A stretch of DNA of 64,000 nucleotides from a virus (lineage: Duplodnaviria > Caudoviricetes): the IMG/VR virus record IMGVR_UViG_2684623050_000001, positions 1 through 64,000 of that record; one strand, given 5' to 3'. Positions 9,158-18,755 of the stretch are shown here, in pieces (position 1 is the first letter of the stretch; each line of letters starts with the position of its first letter). Made by a program: the position numbers and the translations under genes. The notes beneath the pieces were generated by a model. The model was not told the origin of the DNA and did not search any database. It saw nothing but the letters and a program-made list of their open reading frames with translations.

Positions 9158-9948
9158 CTAGCCTTGAGAAAGCGCTCGACGCCCTCCCGAGCCCCGGCGT
9201 CGTTATCGTTGACGCTCTCGTTATAGCGCTCTGCGCTCGGCGTTTCGTTCAGACGAGCGGTCCAACCTTTGTGATGGGACCGCTTGCCCTTCGAGACCGC
9301 GACCATGTGGCCCTGCTGGAGCCCATGATCGGCGCAGAAAGCCCGCAAGTTCGTCACAGAGCGCTCCAGGCCGTCCGGATCGGTCACGAGGTAGGTCTTT
9401 GCCGTCCGCGCGCCGATTGCCGTCTGGTGAGCGTCTGTGCGAGCCAGCGCGCCCTTCCTGATCCGCTCGATGACCTCTGCCGGCCGCGAACGCCCTACCA
9501 GAGCCTCGCGACGCCGCTGCTTCTCCTCGTCGGTCTGCTCACGGCCCACGGCAGCGGAGCGCTGCGCGTCGCGACAGGCCTCGGAAGGCACCCTCCCCTT
9601 CGCGATCTCCCGCATCTTGGCGCGCGAAGCCTCGGAGTGCCGGACGCCCAGATTCGAGCGAGCGTCGCGGCGCCGGTTGTAGAGGCCCTTGTGCCAGTAG
9701 CGGTCGATCCACTCCTGCTCGACCTCGATCAGGCGATCGGGATCGGCGAGCTCCAGGATGAAGAAGCCGAAGGCCTCGGGCCCGTGCTTCGTCCATGCTC
9801 GCTGGAGATAGGAGTTCTGGTGCGCGCCGCGAGCCAGATAGGCTCGATGCACGCTCCAGCGACGAGTGATGTGGACGGCACTGCCAATATAGTGCCGTCC
9901 AGATGCAAGATGAATGATGGCGTAAACGCCACTAAGCCGCTGCGTCAA
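9154..9948 (-). CDS. GIY-YIG homing endonuclease with NUMOD-like repeats
   Basis: SGVYAI...RHYIGSA..R, IEVEQEWID, LYN, HSEASRAKM, HHKGW. Confidence 0.85.
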   Translation of the reverse strand: MTQRLSGVYAIIHLASGRHYIGSAVHITRRWSVHRAYLARGAHQNSYLQRAWTKHGPEAFGFFILELADPDRLIEVEQEWIDRYWHKGLYNRRRDARSNLGVRHSEASRAKMREIAKGRVPSEACRDAQRSAAVGREQTDEEKQRRREALVGRSRPAEVIERIRKGALARTDAHQTAIGARTAKTYLVTDPDGLERSVTNLRAFCADHGLQQGHMVAVSKGKRSHHKGWTARLNETPSAERYNESVNDNDAGAREGVERFLKAR

Positions 9949-10780
9949 CCTTCAGGACCCTCATGAGGCCCGAATCGTAGCTCGCCTGATCGTCGTTGTC
10001 GGCAGAAATTCCTTCGTCCTCGGGAGTTTCATACGCGGATACGACCATCTGAGCGAAGCCCGAGCGCACGATGTCCTCGCGCTTGAACCGCATCACGCCG
10101 ACGCCGGGCTTGCCGGAGAGCTTGTCGAGGGCATCCGCGAGACCCGAGGGGCCGGGAATGTCCTTCTGCCGCAGGTCGCCGTTGACGACGACGCGGCAGT
10201 CCTGGCCGATGCGGGTCAGGAACAGCTTCATCTGGCCGGGCGTGGTGTTCTGCGCCTCGTCGAGCAGCACGTCGGCATGCTTGAAGGTCGAACCGCGCAG
10301 CAGCGCCAGCGGCCGGGCCTCGATCGTGCCGTTCTTGATGAGATACTCGACGTGACCCTTGCCCAGGACGTCCTCGAACGCCTCGCGCACGGGCCGGAAG
10401 TAGGGCTCGAACTTCTCGTCCAGCTCGCCCGGCAGAAAGCCGAGGGATTCGCCGGCCTCGACCGCGGGGCGGGTGATGATAACCTGCTGGATCTCACCGT
10501 CGCGCAGGCGCTCGGCCATGCGGGCGGCAGCGAACCAGGTCTTGCCCGTTCCTGCGGGCCCCAGGGCGATCGTGAGCGTGTTCTCGTGCATCAGAGCGTC
10601 GAACTCCCGCTGCGCAGCGTTCAGGGGCGCTACGGGCGTCTGACGGGGCTTCTGGGGCACACGGGGACGCTGCGTTTCGAGCTCCTGGGTGAGACGAAGC
10701 AGTGACCCGTGGTTCCCGCGCTTGGCGTGCTTCTGCTGGCGACGGGCGTTACGGGCGATGGCCTTCTCGGCGCTGGTCAT
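9932..10780 (-). CDS. phoH: PhoH-like ATPase
   Basis: GPAGTGKT, TRPAVEAGESLGFLPG, LRGSTF, LDEAQN, LTRIG, GD..Q.D, DIVRS. Confidence 0.93.
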   Translation of the reverse strand: MTSAEKAIARNARRQQKHAKRGNHGSLLRLTQELETQRPRVPQKPRQTPVAPLNAAQREFDALMHENTLTIALGPAGTGKTWFAAARMAERLRDGEIQQVIITRPAVEAGESLGFLPGELDEKFEPYFRPVREAFEDVLGKGHVEYLIKNGTIEARPLALLRGSTFKHADVLLDEAQNTTPGQMKLFLTRIGQDCRVVVNGDLRQKDIPGPSGLADALDKLSGKPGVGVMRFKREDIVRSGFAQMVVSAYETPEDEGISADNDDQASYDSGLMRVLKVDAAA

Positions 10781-11016
10781 GATGGTCCTCGCTCTGGGGA
10801 CGTGTTGTGCAAAGTCAGTAAGCACTGACTGACTGCGGGGCGCAAGTGTGTTTCTGATGCGCGAAAGGCCGCCCTGGGCAGGAGCGGCCTTCGAGAGACA
10901 CGTCAGATGTCGGTTGCAGCCCCGGATGGGCCGCGAGCAGATGCCTGGTTCACTGTCGAGGTTGAGGGCATGTCGGGCTCATCCGGGGCTTGCAGAGGGA
11001 ATCTTAGATCAGTCAG

Positions 11017-11217
11017 TCATGACTTACCATTCTTGACAATGATCTGATCCGCACGCAGCAGGATCTCCTCGCCGGACATGAAGACCAGGGTTTCCGGGAA
11101 GCCGTGGATGACCAACCGCCCGGTCGCCGGGTTGCGCGCCCAGTTCCGGGCCATCAGCCAGCGCGGCCACTCCTCGGTGGCCTGATTGGCCCAGGCGTAG
11201 CGGTCGGCGATCCTCAC
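11017..11217 (-). CDS. Hypothetical protein
   Basis: Overlaps the upstream stop at the end of the tail-fibre operon. Confidence 0.5.
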   Translation of the reverse strand: MRIADRYAWANQATEEWPRWLMARNWARNPATGRLVIHGFPETLVFMSGEEILLRADQIIVKNGKS

Positions 11218-11804
11218 AGCTTGGACGCCTGGTCGAAGAGAGCCTGGAGCTGCGTCGGGTTGAGATTGAGCTCCTCGGCGATCGCCTGGACGTAGGGGTT
11301 GGAGATCTCCCAGAAAGTCGCCGAGTCCCAGTAGATCTCCACCGGCGGGTAGGGATGGCCCTTCACCGCGGCGAACGCGTGCCCGATCAGACCGGCGTTG
11401 AACAGAGCCGTCTTCGCCTGTGCGGCCGAGACCTGCCGCACCTTGGGCGCGGGACGCTCGCGAAAGGTGCCGGTGCCGATGTCGCAGAGCTTCTGCTCGA
11501 AGGGCTTGTGCGGCCGGTCCTCGTCGCCCTCGTAACCGAGAATCTCGATCAGGGTGTGCCCCGCCTGCGGGAACAGGAGGCTCGGGTCGCGCACGATGGA
11601 CTGAACGAGCAGCCCGTCTTCGGTCGGCATCAGCACGCCCTTGAGGCTGCCCTCGGTCCAGCTCTTGGAATTGCGGGCGAAGACATACCAGTCGAGGCTG
11701 TCGGAGACGCGCCGCGCGAACATGGCCGAGGGCGGGGCGCCGGCCGGAGGTTCGTCCGGCACGTAGCGCTCCCAGATGCCGTGGTCGATGATCGTGTAGC
11801 TCAT
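11214..11804 (-). CDS. Putative tail fibre assembly/chaperone protein
   Basis: Directly downstream of the tail fibre. DWY motif and C-terminal L..LF..A as in fibre-associated proteins. Confidence 0.55.
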   Translation of the reverse strand: MSYTIIDHGIWERYVPDEPPAGAPPSAMFARRVSDSLDWYVFARNSKSWTEGSLKGVLMPTEDGLLVQSIVRDPSLLFPQAGHTLIEILGYEGDEDRPHKPFEQKLCDIGTGTFRERPAPKVRQVSAAQAKTALFNAGLIGHAFAAVKGHPYPPVEIYWDSATFWEISNPYVQAIAEELNLNPTQLQALFDQASKL

Positions 11805-11878
11805 GTGATCCTCTGCTCTCGTAAAAACGGGCGGTCCGCAGGGGCCGCCCGTAAGTCAGTGATGACTTATGCAGCGGC

Positions 11879-14800
11879 TCAGACGTAGCCGCAAGTATAC
11901 CAGTTGCCCCAGGCGTCGCTCATCTGGAGATAGCGCCAGCGGCCACCCTTCCACGAATCCACGATGAACTGGTTCGACACCACGTAGCGCGAGGTCAGCA
12001 CACCACCGCCATAGGGCTCGGCATAGCTCTGATCCTTGTTCCAGTCGTTCGAGAGGTCGCCCGCGTAGGCCAGACGGATCGACTTGTTGTTGACGACGGC
12101 GCGGATGAACTGCTCCACGTCGCCCATCTGTGCCGAATACAGCGAGCCGTTCGGGCGCACCGCGAACTTGATCGAGTCGGTGTCCGGGTTCATGACCTGG
12201 AACTCGGCACTGTTCGCCGTGCGCAGAGCCCAGCGGTAGACGCCGCCCCAGAGGAGCGTAAGGGTCGGCCACTCCCTGGCGATGGTGAGATCGCCCGTCA
12301 TCGTGTCGCCGGTCTTGGCGACGCGGTAGGACGCCCGATCCGCAGCCCACGCATACGCGCGATCCTCGATCCGGGTGTTCAGGTCGCCCAACTGGTTGGT
12401 CCAGATCGAGCCGTCGGCGCCGAAGCTGGCGACGTTGTTCTGGAAGGCCCAGCCCGCCTCCTTCTGAATATAGAGGCGGTTGTCCGAGTGAATGAGGAAC
12501 GAGAACCCGCCGACACCACTGCGGTCGATCTTGATGCGCGGGTCGCCCGTCTGAAGGCGCAGATCTCCCGACATCGTGTCGCCGGTCCGAGCAACGCGGC
12601 CGTTGGCGTTGTTGGTGATGTCGCCCATGGCCACCGAGAGCCACCTGTTGCCCCACGCGGAGCCCCAGATGTCGCCGTTGGTCGCCAGGCTCGCGGAGCC
12701 GTTGCCGGTATAGATCGAGCCGCGCGCGATGATGGCGCCGCTCGTATCGACGCGCATCTGCCAGGTGTTACCGCTCCAGTCCCACAGATACATGCAGGCA
12801 TCCTCACGGAGCTGCCAACCCATGTCCCGCACGCCGCTGTAGAAGAACCGATAGGTCGGGTAGGCCTTGCTGACCGTCAGGTCGCCCGTCATCGTGTCGC
12901 CGGTCTTGGCGACGCGCTCGTTGGCGCGAGCCACGGACTCCTGACGCGCCCACGCGGCCGACCGGTCCTCGATCCGGGTGCTGAGATCGCCGAGCTGCGC
13001 CGTCCAAAGGGCACCGGCGTCATTGACGCGCATCGCCCAGCCGGCCGAGCTGTTAAGGAAGCCGATATTGCCACCGTTGTTGTGGATGTAGCGCGTGCCC
13101 TCGTCGGTGTCGCGCATCTCAATGTAGGAGTTCGTCTGCCCCACGCCCGCGATGAGGCGACCCGTGGAGCTGACGCTCCCCGAGAAGTCCGCGCCCGTGA
13201 GGTTGGCCTTGGTCGCCGGGTTGAAGTTGCCCGGATACCAGACGTTCTGCCCGTTGACACGCGGCACACCCTTGGTGTCCCAGACGCCGGCGCGGCTGTC
13301 GTAGAAGCCGTTGACCGTGCCGTCGTAGGACTCCATGCCGAGGCCCCAGTGGGTCCGCAGGCGCGTGTTCGTGGTCGCGTAAGTCGCGTTGTCACCGTTG
13401 CCGATCGCGAACCAGTTGTTGCCCGTGCCCGGCAGGGTGAACTGCGGGGCCGAGATCGTGCCCGTGAAGGCCTGGCCCGCGACGTTCGCCTTAGTGTCGG
13501 GGTTGAACGAACCCGCGTGCCAGATCTGGTTGCCCGCGATGAAGGGCTCGTTGCCGGTGAAGTTGAAGCGCCCAACCTCGGCGGCGATGTTGATGGTGCT
13601 GCCGTTCGAGAAGCCGATGTAGCCGTGACGCACACCCGTGCCAGCCGGCCAGAACTCGATGTAGCCGGTGTTACTGGCGCCGCCCGCGACAACGCTCAGA
13701 CCACCGGCCGCAGCCGTGCGCGGGACCGCGACGCCCGGCGCCGTGATGCTGCCCGTGAAGGCCTGGCCCGCGACGTTGGCCTTGGTCGCCGGGTTGAAGT
13801 TGCCCGAGTGCCAGAGGCTCGACTGCGAACCGGCACCGGCGAAATCGAGTGCCACACCACGGAAGGGCGAGGCAGCCTCGTAGATCCGCAGCGACGTGCC
13901 AGTCGTGTCGAACGCGACCCTGCCGCCGTTCAAGCCTGCGGCGGGAATGTAGAAAATGCCAGCCTGCACCGTGCTGAACGCGACTTCCGTGTTGACCGTC
14001 GCCTTGGTGTTCGGGTCAAAATTGCCCGTGTCCCACGGCGTCAGACCCGCCCAGGTCGGGCGCGCGGAGACGGTCAGCGCCGAGAAACTGACGCTGGCGT
14101 TGAGCGAGGCCTTGGTATCGGGGTTGAAGTTGAGGCTCGTCCAAACGCGATACCAGGGCTGCCAGGTGGCACTCGACTGGTTGCGCACGTAGACCTCGGG
14201 CGACCCGTTGAGGCGCGTGGCGCGCTGCTGGACGTGGCCGTTGTCGCTCGTGTGCCGCTGGACCTCGACATACCACCAGCTCGTAGCATCCGGCGCGTTC
14301 ACCAGAGCCGAGCCGTCGTAGAAGCCAGCGACCTTGATCGTGTTGAGGTCGGTGCCGGTCGCGAGGCTCGTCGCGCGGGTGTAGGTGAGCCGGTCCGAGC
14401 GCAGCATGCCCGTCGCCGTCACGTCACCCGAGACCGTGCCGCCCGACTTGTCGAACTTGGTCGAGAGCGCAGCGTTCACGTCCGCGCGCAGGCCGTCGAG
14501 AGCCGCCTGGAGCCCGGCCACGTCGCCGATGGCGATGCCAAGCGCTGCCTTCAGGCCGGCAGCCGTGATCGCGCCCGTGAGGCCCGCGACCGAGAGAACG
14601 GCGTCGGTGGGCGTGAGCAGTTCCTTCCAGTTGGCGAGCGTCGTCGCCGGCTCGACCTGGAGGATGTAGCAGCGATTCAGGTCGGTGCGGATCGCGATGT
14701 CACCGCGCTCGGCGCCGGACGCGAGCATCGCAGCCTGCGTGGCGACCGGGAAGGTGTCGGTGATCGCGACAGCCGGGATCGTCGAGGCATCGAGCTTGCC

Positions 14801-15313
14801 GTCGGCGCCGAGCACCGGGAGCTGGCCCGCGGCGTTGCCGGCGTTGCGCGCCGAAGCGGTCCCGAGACCGTTGATGACGGCCTGGAGATCGGCCTTCACC
14901 TTGGCGTCAGCCGCGGCGAAGTCGGTGCGGACCTTGGCGTCCTTGGCCGCAACGTCGGCCGTCAGCGTGTCGAGCTTGGTCTTCACGGAACCGTCGAGGC
15001 CGCCCAGCGCCGTCGTCAGCTCCTGCTTGGTCGCGCGAGTGTCCACGTCGGCCTGGAGCGCGTCGAGGCTGTCAGAGACGGAGCCGCCCAGCGTCCCTAG
15101 AGCATCCTGGAGCTCCTGGTGTGCGGTCGCGCCGATGGCGTCGAGCGCCGCCTGGAGCTCGTTCACGTCCTCGATCTGAAGGACCGTGCGCAGCCACACC
15201 AGGATGTCGCCGACGCTGATGCGCACGTCGCCGCCGTTCTGGACCGCGGCCCAGAAGTCCTCCGACCCGAGCGCAACGACCGGGTTCTCTTCACTCGCCT
15301 TGCGATATGCCAC
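11879..15313 (-). CDS. Tail fibre protein
   Basis: Gly-rich. Repeated W..GNFNP.TKA modules and GDTMTGDL modules, GTDLN..GFY..NAP segment, C-terminal RWRYLQ..GNWYT. GTG start with GAAGGA RBS. Confidence 0.88.
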   Translation of the reverse strand: MAYRKASEENPVVALGSEDFWAAVQNGGDVRISVGDILVWLRTVLQIEDVNELQAALDAIGATAHQELQDALGTLGGSVSDSLDALQADVDTRATKQELTTALGGLDGSVKTKLDTLTADVAAKDAKVRTDFAAADAKVKADLQAVINGLGTASARNAGNAAGQLPVLGADGKLDASTIPAVAITDTFPVATQAAMLASGAERGDIAIRTDLNRCYILQVEPATTLANWKELLTPTDAVLSVAGLTGAITAAGLKAALGIAIGDVAGLQAALDGLRADVNAALSTKFDKSGGTVSGDVTATGMLRSDRLTYTRATSLATGTDLNTIKVAGFYDGSALVNAPDATSWWYVEVQRHTSDNGHVQQRATRLNGSPEVYVRNQSSATWQPWYRVWTSLNFNPDTKASLNASVSFSALTVSARPTWAGLTPWDTGNFDPNTKATVNTEVAFSTVQAGIFYIPAAGLNGGRVAFDTTGTSLRIYEAASPFRGVALDFAGAGSQSSLWHSGNFNPATKANVAGQAFTGSITAPGVAVPRTAAAGGLSVVAGGASNTGYIEFWPAGTGVRHGYIGFSNGSTINIAAEVGRFNFTGNEPFIAGNQIWHAGSFNPDTKANVAGQAFTGTISAPQFTLPGTGNNWFAIGNGDNATYATTNTRLRTHWGLGMESYDGTVNGFYDSRAGVWDTKGVPRVNGQNVWYPGNFNPATKANLTGADFSGSVSSTGRLIAGVGQTNSYIEMRDTDEGTRYIHNNGGNIGFLNSSAGWAMRVNDAGALWTAQLGDLSTRIEDRSAAWARQESVARANERVAKTGDTMTGDLTVSKAYPTYRFFYSGVRDMGWQLREDACMYLWDWSGNTWQMRVDTSGAIIARGSIYTGNGSASLATNGDIWGSAWGNRWLSVAMGDITNNANGRVARTGDTMSGDLRLQTGDPRIKIDRSGVGGFSFLIHSDNRLYIQKEAGWAFQNNVASFGADGSIWTNQLGDLNTRIEDRAYAWAADRASYRVAKTGDTMTGDLTIAREWPTLTLLWGGVYRWALRTANSAEFQVMNPDTDSIKFAVRPNGSLYSAQMGDVEQFIRAVVNNKSIRLAYAGDLSNDWNKDQSYAEPYGGGVLTSRYVVSNQFIVDSWKGGRWRYLQMSDAWGNWYTCGYV

Positions 15314-15338
15314 CGCTTTTGTTCCTTCGTGTCGGGGT

Positions 15339-16400
15339 TCAGTTGACGTCGCGTTCGGTCTGCCGGACGTCACCGCTCTGGGTCTCGCGGATGTCCTCGG
15401 ACTGGGTGCGCCGGTAGGTGACGGGCGGCTCCATGGTCGCGACCATGATGGCTGCACCCGAGGTTGAGGCCTCAAGCCGCTTCCAGATGCGCTCGCGACC
15501 CGTCATCGCGCCCGTGCCCGCAGCGGTCTGCGCGCCCAGGATCTTCTTGACGGTCAGCGCGCCCGTGGGAGCGCTCAGGCCGGTCGCAGAGCCCGAAAGC
15601 TGCTTGCGAGTGAGCAGGGTCGCGACAACACCCGCGGACCCGTCAGAGAGCGCTCCCAGCTGCTTCTCGATGCGAGCCGTCGCAGCAGCATCAGCATGAC
15701 CCTCGACAGCAGTCGTGAGCACCTTCTCGATCAGGGGCAGCGCGGAAGCGGACGACGTGCCGATCACGGGCTGCGCGCCGAGGATCTTCTCGACCTGGAG
15801 CCGGATGTCGAAGCTCGGGGCGCCGGAAGCCGACGCGCCCAGGATCTTCTCGACGAGCGGGAGCGCGGCGACCTCGGCCTGACCAGCCGGCCAGGTGCGC
15901 AGGTTCTTGCGCACAAGCAGAGCGGACTGAGCCGACGCCTCGCCGCGGACGATCGCGCCGAGCTGCTTGCGGACTTCGAGGTAGACCTCGAACGAGGGAG
16001 CGCCGAAGGCTGCGGCTGCGAGCTGCTTCTCGATACGGGCGGTCGCCTTGCCGCTCGCGACGGCCGATGCCGCGGCACGAAGAACCTTCTCGACCCGCAG
16101 CGCACCGGTGACGGTCGACTTGCCGATCATCACGCCGTCGAAGACGCGCGGGCTCATCTCGGCCTGGACGCGGGCAACGCCGGCTGCCGGCTCGACCTTC
16201 AGGATCTTGTCGACGCGCAGGCGGATGTTGAAGCGGGTCTCACCGCCTGCGCGGGCTTCGAGCATGTCGAAGCGCTTCTCGATGGAGATGCGCCCCTTCA
16301 TCTCGCCGTAGCCCAGGCACGCGCCCGCGACGGCGAAACGGTCCTGGCGAAACACGCGCCGGACCGCGCCCGTCGGAGCGCTGTAGCCTGGGGTCAGCAT
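15339..16400 (-). CDS. Repeat-rich putative virion fibre protein
   Basis: About 13 copies of a 22-23 aa Ala-rich repeat with a (V/I)(E/R)K(I/Q/V)L core. Confidence 0.65.
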   Translation of the reverse strand: MLTPGYSAPTGAVRRVFRQDRFAVAGACLGYGEMKGRISIEKRFDMLEARAGGETRFNIRLRVDKILKVEPAAGVARVQAEMSPRVFDGVMIGKSTVTGALRVEKVLRAAASAVASGKATARIEKQLAAAAFGAPSFEVYLEVRKQLGAIVRGEASAQSALLVRKNLRTWPAGQAEVAALPLVEKILGASASGAPSFDIRLQVEKILGAQPVIGTSSASALPLIEKVLTTAVEGHADAAATARIEKQLGALSDGSAGVVATLLTRKQLSGSATGLSAPTGALTVKKILGAQTAAGTGAMTGRERIWKRLEASTSGAAIMVATMEPPVTYRRTQSEDIRETQSGDVRQTERDVN

Positions 16401-16406
16401 GACGGC

Positions 16407-16802
16407 TTAGTCTTCCGTCACCGAGACGGAACCGACCGGGAAGCTCACCGGGTTCGTGGTGTTGATGGTCTGCGTGCCGCCCGTCAGGGGAGCGGTGTAG
16501 AGCAGATTCCCGCCCGCCTGCGCAGAGAACAGGGCGAAGTGGGTGATGTTGGTCGTGCCGCCCGAGTTGCCGAAATCGACGATATTGGTGTTCGAGATCG
16601 TGCGGTTGGCGACGGCGCCGAAGGCGGCCTCGACGCGGCCAGCGGCGCGAACGGTCGTCGTGACCTCGGTGCCGCCGGCGCCGGAATCGGTCGGGTCGCC
16701 GTTGAAGAGGCCCACATAGACCTTTGCGGGCGCGGCCGGGAAGGCCGTGCCCTTGATGTAGTTCAGGATCGCGTTTTCAAGGAAGGTGCTCTTGCCCGGC
16801 AT
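16407..16802 (-). CDS. Minor tail/virion protein
   Basis: LENAILN..YVGLF.GDPTD.G..EV...ITHFALF.A..GGNLL pattern common in phage minor tail proteins. Confidence 0.7.
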   Translation of the reverse strand: MPGKSTFLENAILNYIKGTAFPAAPAKVYVGLFNGDPTDSGAGGTEVTTTVRAAGRVEAAFGAVANRTISNTNIVDFGNSGGTTNITHFALFSAQAGGNLLYTAPLTGGTQTINTTNPVSFPVGSVSVTED

Positions 16803-16922
16803 GTCTGCTCCGCTCAGGTAAGTCAGTGATGACTGACGCCGAGCGATGCAGCTCCAGCTGTCAGCAGTGCCTTATTATGGGCCTTCGGCTCGCATAAGTC
16901 ACCACTGACTGACAATCAAGGC

Positions 16923-17285
16923 TCAGAGCCAGGGCAGCTTCGACAGGTAGAACTGACCCCAGAGAAGCGCGGCGCCGAGGGCGGTTCCGGCCGGCACGAG
17001 CCACTGGATCACGTTCGAGCGGGACCAGAGGAACAGGAAGGTTGCCCCGAGCCAGGCCCGCAAGCCGTGAACGCCGGAGCGCTTGAGATCGTGTTCGCGC
17101 TGGCCGGCTTCGCGGCCGTAGAAGAAGGTCGAGACGAGCGCTGCCGCGACGAGCAGTCCGTGCATCCCGTAGGCGAACCAGAGCGGAACGCCGATCGCCG
17201 CGGTGTAGAGCGCTGCGAGGAGGAAATGGGTCAGAAGGGGAAGGCTGAGAAGAAGGTCCAAGATAGTCTCCGGAGTGATTTCCAA
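16923..17285 (-). CDS. Membrane protein
   Basis: Several hydrophobic helices with an H..FFYGREAGQ.E motif. Confidence 0.6.
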   Translation of the reverse strand: MEITPETILDLLLSLPLLTHFLLAALYTAAIGVPLWFAYGMHGLLVAAALVSTFFYGREAGQREHDLKRSGVHGLRAWLGATFLFLWSRSNVIQWLVPAGTALGAALLWGQFYLSKLPWL

Positions 17286-17354
17286 GTCCGCACTCCTGTA
17301 AAGAATATTATCTAATATACTACTAGATACACTCTTACTTACAGGAATGCGGAC
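17281..17354. repeat. Inverted-repeat element, copy 1
   Basis: gtccgcactcctgtaa / 37-bp AT-rich spacer / ttacaggaatgcggac. Confidence 0.85.
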
Positions 17355-17363
17355 GTTTCTAAG

Positions 17364-17687
17364 CTACCGGGCGAAGTCACGCCGCACCCGGCTGATCCAC
17401 TCGACGGCACGAAGCCCGCACTGGGTCTTCGCCCGGTCGAGAACGACCGCTTCCGCCGTGATCCGCATGACGTCGGCCTTGGTGAGGGCCTTCTCCGGGA
17501 TCTCGGGGAATTCCTTGCGCAGGCAGGCCTCGACGCCCTCGGGCGGCTGGGGCAGCGTCACGCGATGCTGAACGGGACCGGTGAGGCTCAGCTCAACGGT
17601 CGCCGGACCGGAGCTCACGCAGCCGGCGAGCGTCATCGACAGTAAGGCAGCGGCGATCCCGCTCAGGGTCCGTGGCGAGCGCATCAT
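17364..17687 (-). CDS. o-spanin (Rz1-like lipoprotein)
   Basis: Signal peptide with lipobox LAGC, Pro-rich, overlaps the i-spanin 3' end. Confidence 0.75.
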   Translation of the reverse strand: MMRSPRTLSGIAAALLSMTLAGCVSSGPATVELSLTGPVQHRVTLPQPPEGVEACLRKEFPEIPEKALTKADVMRITAEAVVLDRAKTQCGLRAVEWISRVRRDFAR

Positions 17688-18027
17688 TGATCCTCTTGAG
17701 TTCGGCGTTGTCGGCGCGCGCCTGGGCGAGCTCCGCTTCGAGCTTCTTGGCGTCCTCGGCCGCGTCCTCGGCAGCGAGCTGCGCGCGGATCTTCTCGGCT
17801 TCCGATGCCTGGTGATTGGCGAGGTCGACGGTCTCGCTGACGCCGGCCGAACGACCCTGCTGGTAGAGGGCCGCGGCCGAGAGGATCAGCATGCCGAGCG
17901 CGACGAGCCAGACCTTCAGCCGGCCGGGAGCCAGCCAGGCGCCGACGACCATGAGGGCGATCCCGCTCGCCCCGACGGCTGTCGAGGCGAACGAGTAGGC
18001 GGTCCAGGCCTTCAGGAACCAGTCCAT
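17593..18027 (-). CDS. i-spanin (Rz-like)
   Basis: N-terminal TM segments then coiled coil, directly after the endolysin. Start MDWFLK. Confidence 0.7.
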   Translation of the reverse strand: MDWFLKAWTAYSFASTAVGASGIALMVVGAWLAPGRLKVWLVALGMLILSAAALYQQGRSAGVSETVDLANHQASEAEKIRAQLAAEDAAEDAKKLEAELAQARADNAELKRINDALATDPERDRRCLTVDDARRLRELRSGDR

Positions 18028-18506
18028 CAGCCGATGTCCGCGAGGCACATCTTGCGCTCGCGCTCGCGCCGGTTGGTCAGGCCCTTCACGACGCGCCCGC
18101 CCGCCTTGTTCCACATGAGCATCGCGTCGCACGCGCCCTTGTGGTCCCCGGCGTTGTAGCGGCGCACGACGGTCGAGCCGCAGAAGCCACCCGAGCCGAC
18201 GTTGTAGGCAAGGCTCGTGAAGGCGACCATGGTCCGGTCCTTCATCGGGCGCTTGACGCAGGTCTCGACCTTGGTGCCGAACTCGTCGAGGCGCTTGAGA
18301 AGCATCTCGTCGCACTGAGCCTTGGTGAAGCTCATGCCCATCTTGATGTTCTTGGTCTCGCCGTAGCAGGCGGTCGGGACACCCACGATGTCCTTGTAGG
18401 CCTTGAGGCGCAGACCCTCTTCCTGGCCGGTGTGGGTGATTGCCATCAGGCCGGCTGCGGTCGCGACGAGCGCTCCCAGCACCGACCTCTTCACGAGGCG
18501 GCTCAT
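18027..18506 (-). CDS. GH24 lysozyme endolysin (SAR-like N-terminus)
   Basis: Catalytic E-X8-D-X5-T (EGLRLKAYKDIVGVPT), SLAYNVG, GLTNRRERE, hydrophobic Ala/Gly-rich N-terminus. Confidence 0.92.
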   Translation of the reverse strand: MSRLVKRSVLGALVATAAGLMAITHTGQEEGLRLKAYKDIVGVPTACYGETKNIKMGMSFTKAQCDEMLLKRLDEFGTKVETCVKRPMKDRTMVAFTSLAYNVGSGGFCGSTVVRRYNAGDHKGACDAMLMWNKAGGRVVKGLTNRRERERKMCLADIG

Positions 18507-18754
18507 TCGTCATCTCCAAGCTTGGACTGGGCGAAAAGGCGGGCGACGGCCGCGGCGACCGTCACGAGGCCGGAGATCGCCGCGAAGGTCGTGCGGTCGA
18601 TCGGCGGGTCGTTGGTGAAGATGCCGAGCACGACCTCGGCGCCGGAGAGCAGCGCGGCCAGCAGGGCGAGCCGGACGCTCCACGAGTGGCGAAGGATGCG
18701 GCGCCAGTCCCGGTAGAGGCGCAGGCGGCGCTTCCAGTAAGTCAGCACTGACAT
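18503..18754 (-). CDS. Holin
   Basis: DWRRILRHSWSVRL, two TM helices, ARLFAQ, upstream of the endolysin. Confidence 0.7.
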   Translation of the reverse strand: MSVLTYWKRRLRLYRDWRRILRHSWSVRLALLAALLSGAEVVLGIFTNDPPIDRTTFAAISGLVTVAAAVARLFAQSKLGDDE

Positions 18755-18755
18755 A

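Noticed and set aside
9154-9948. Group I intron around the GIY-YIG gene
   Set aside because: Flanking genes appear complete and abut the ORF, leaving no room for an intron core.
11879-15313. Diversity-generating retroelement or invertible tail-fibre system
   Set aside because: No reverse transcriptase, adenine-specific template/variable repeat pair or invertase seen. Repeats are in-frame protein modules.
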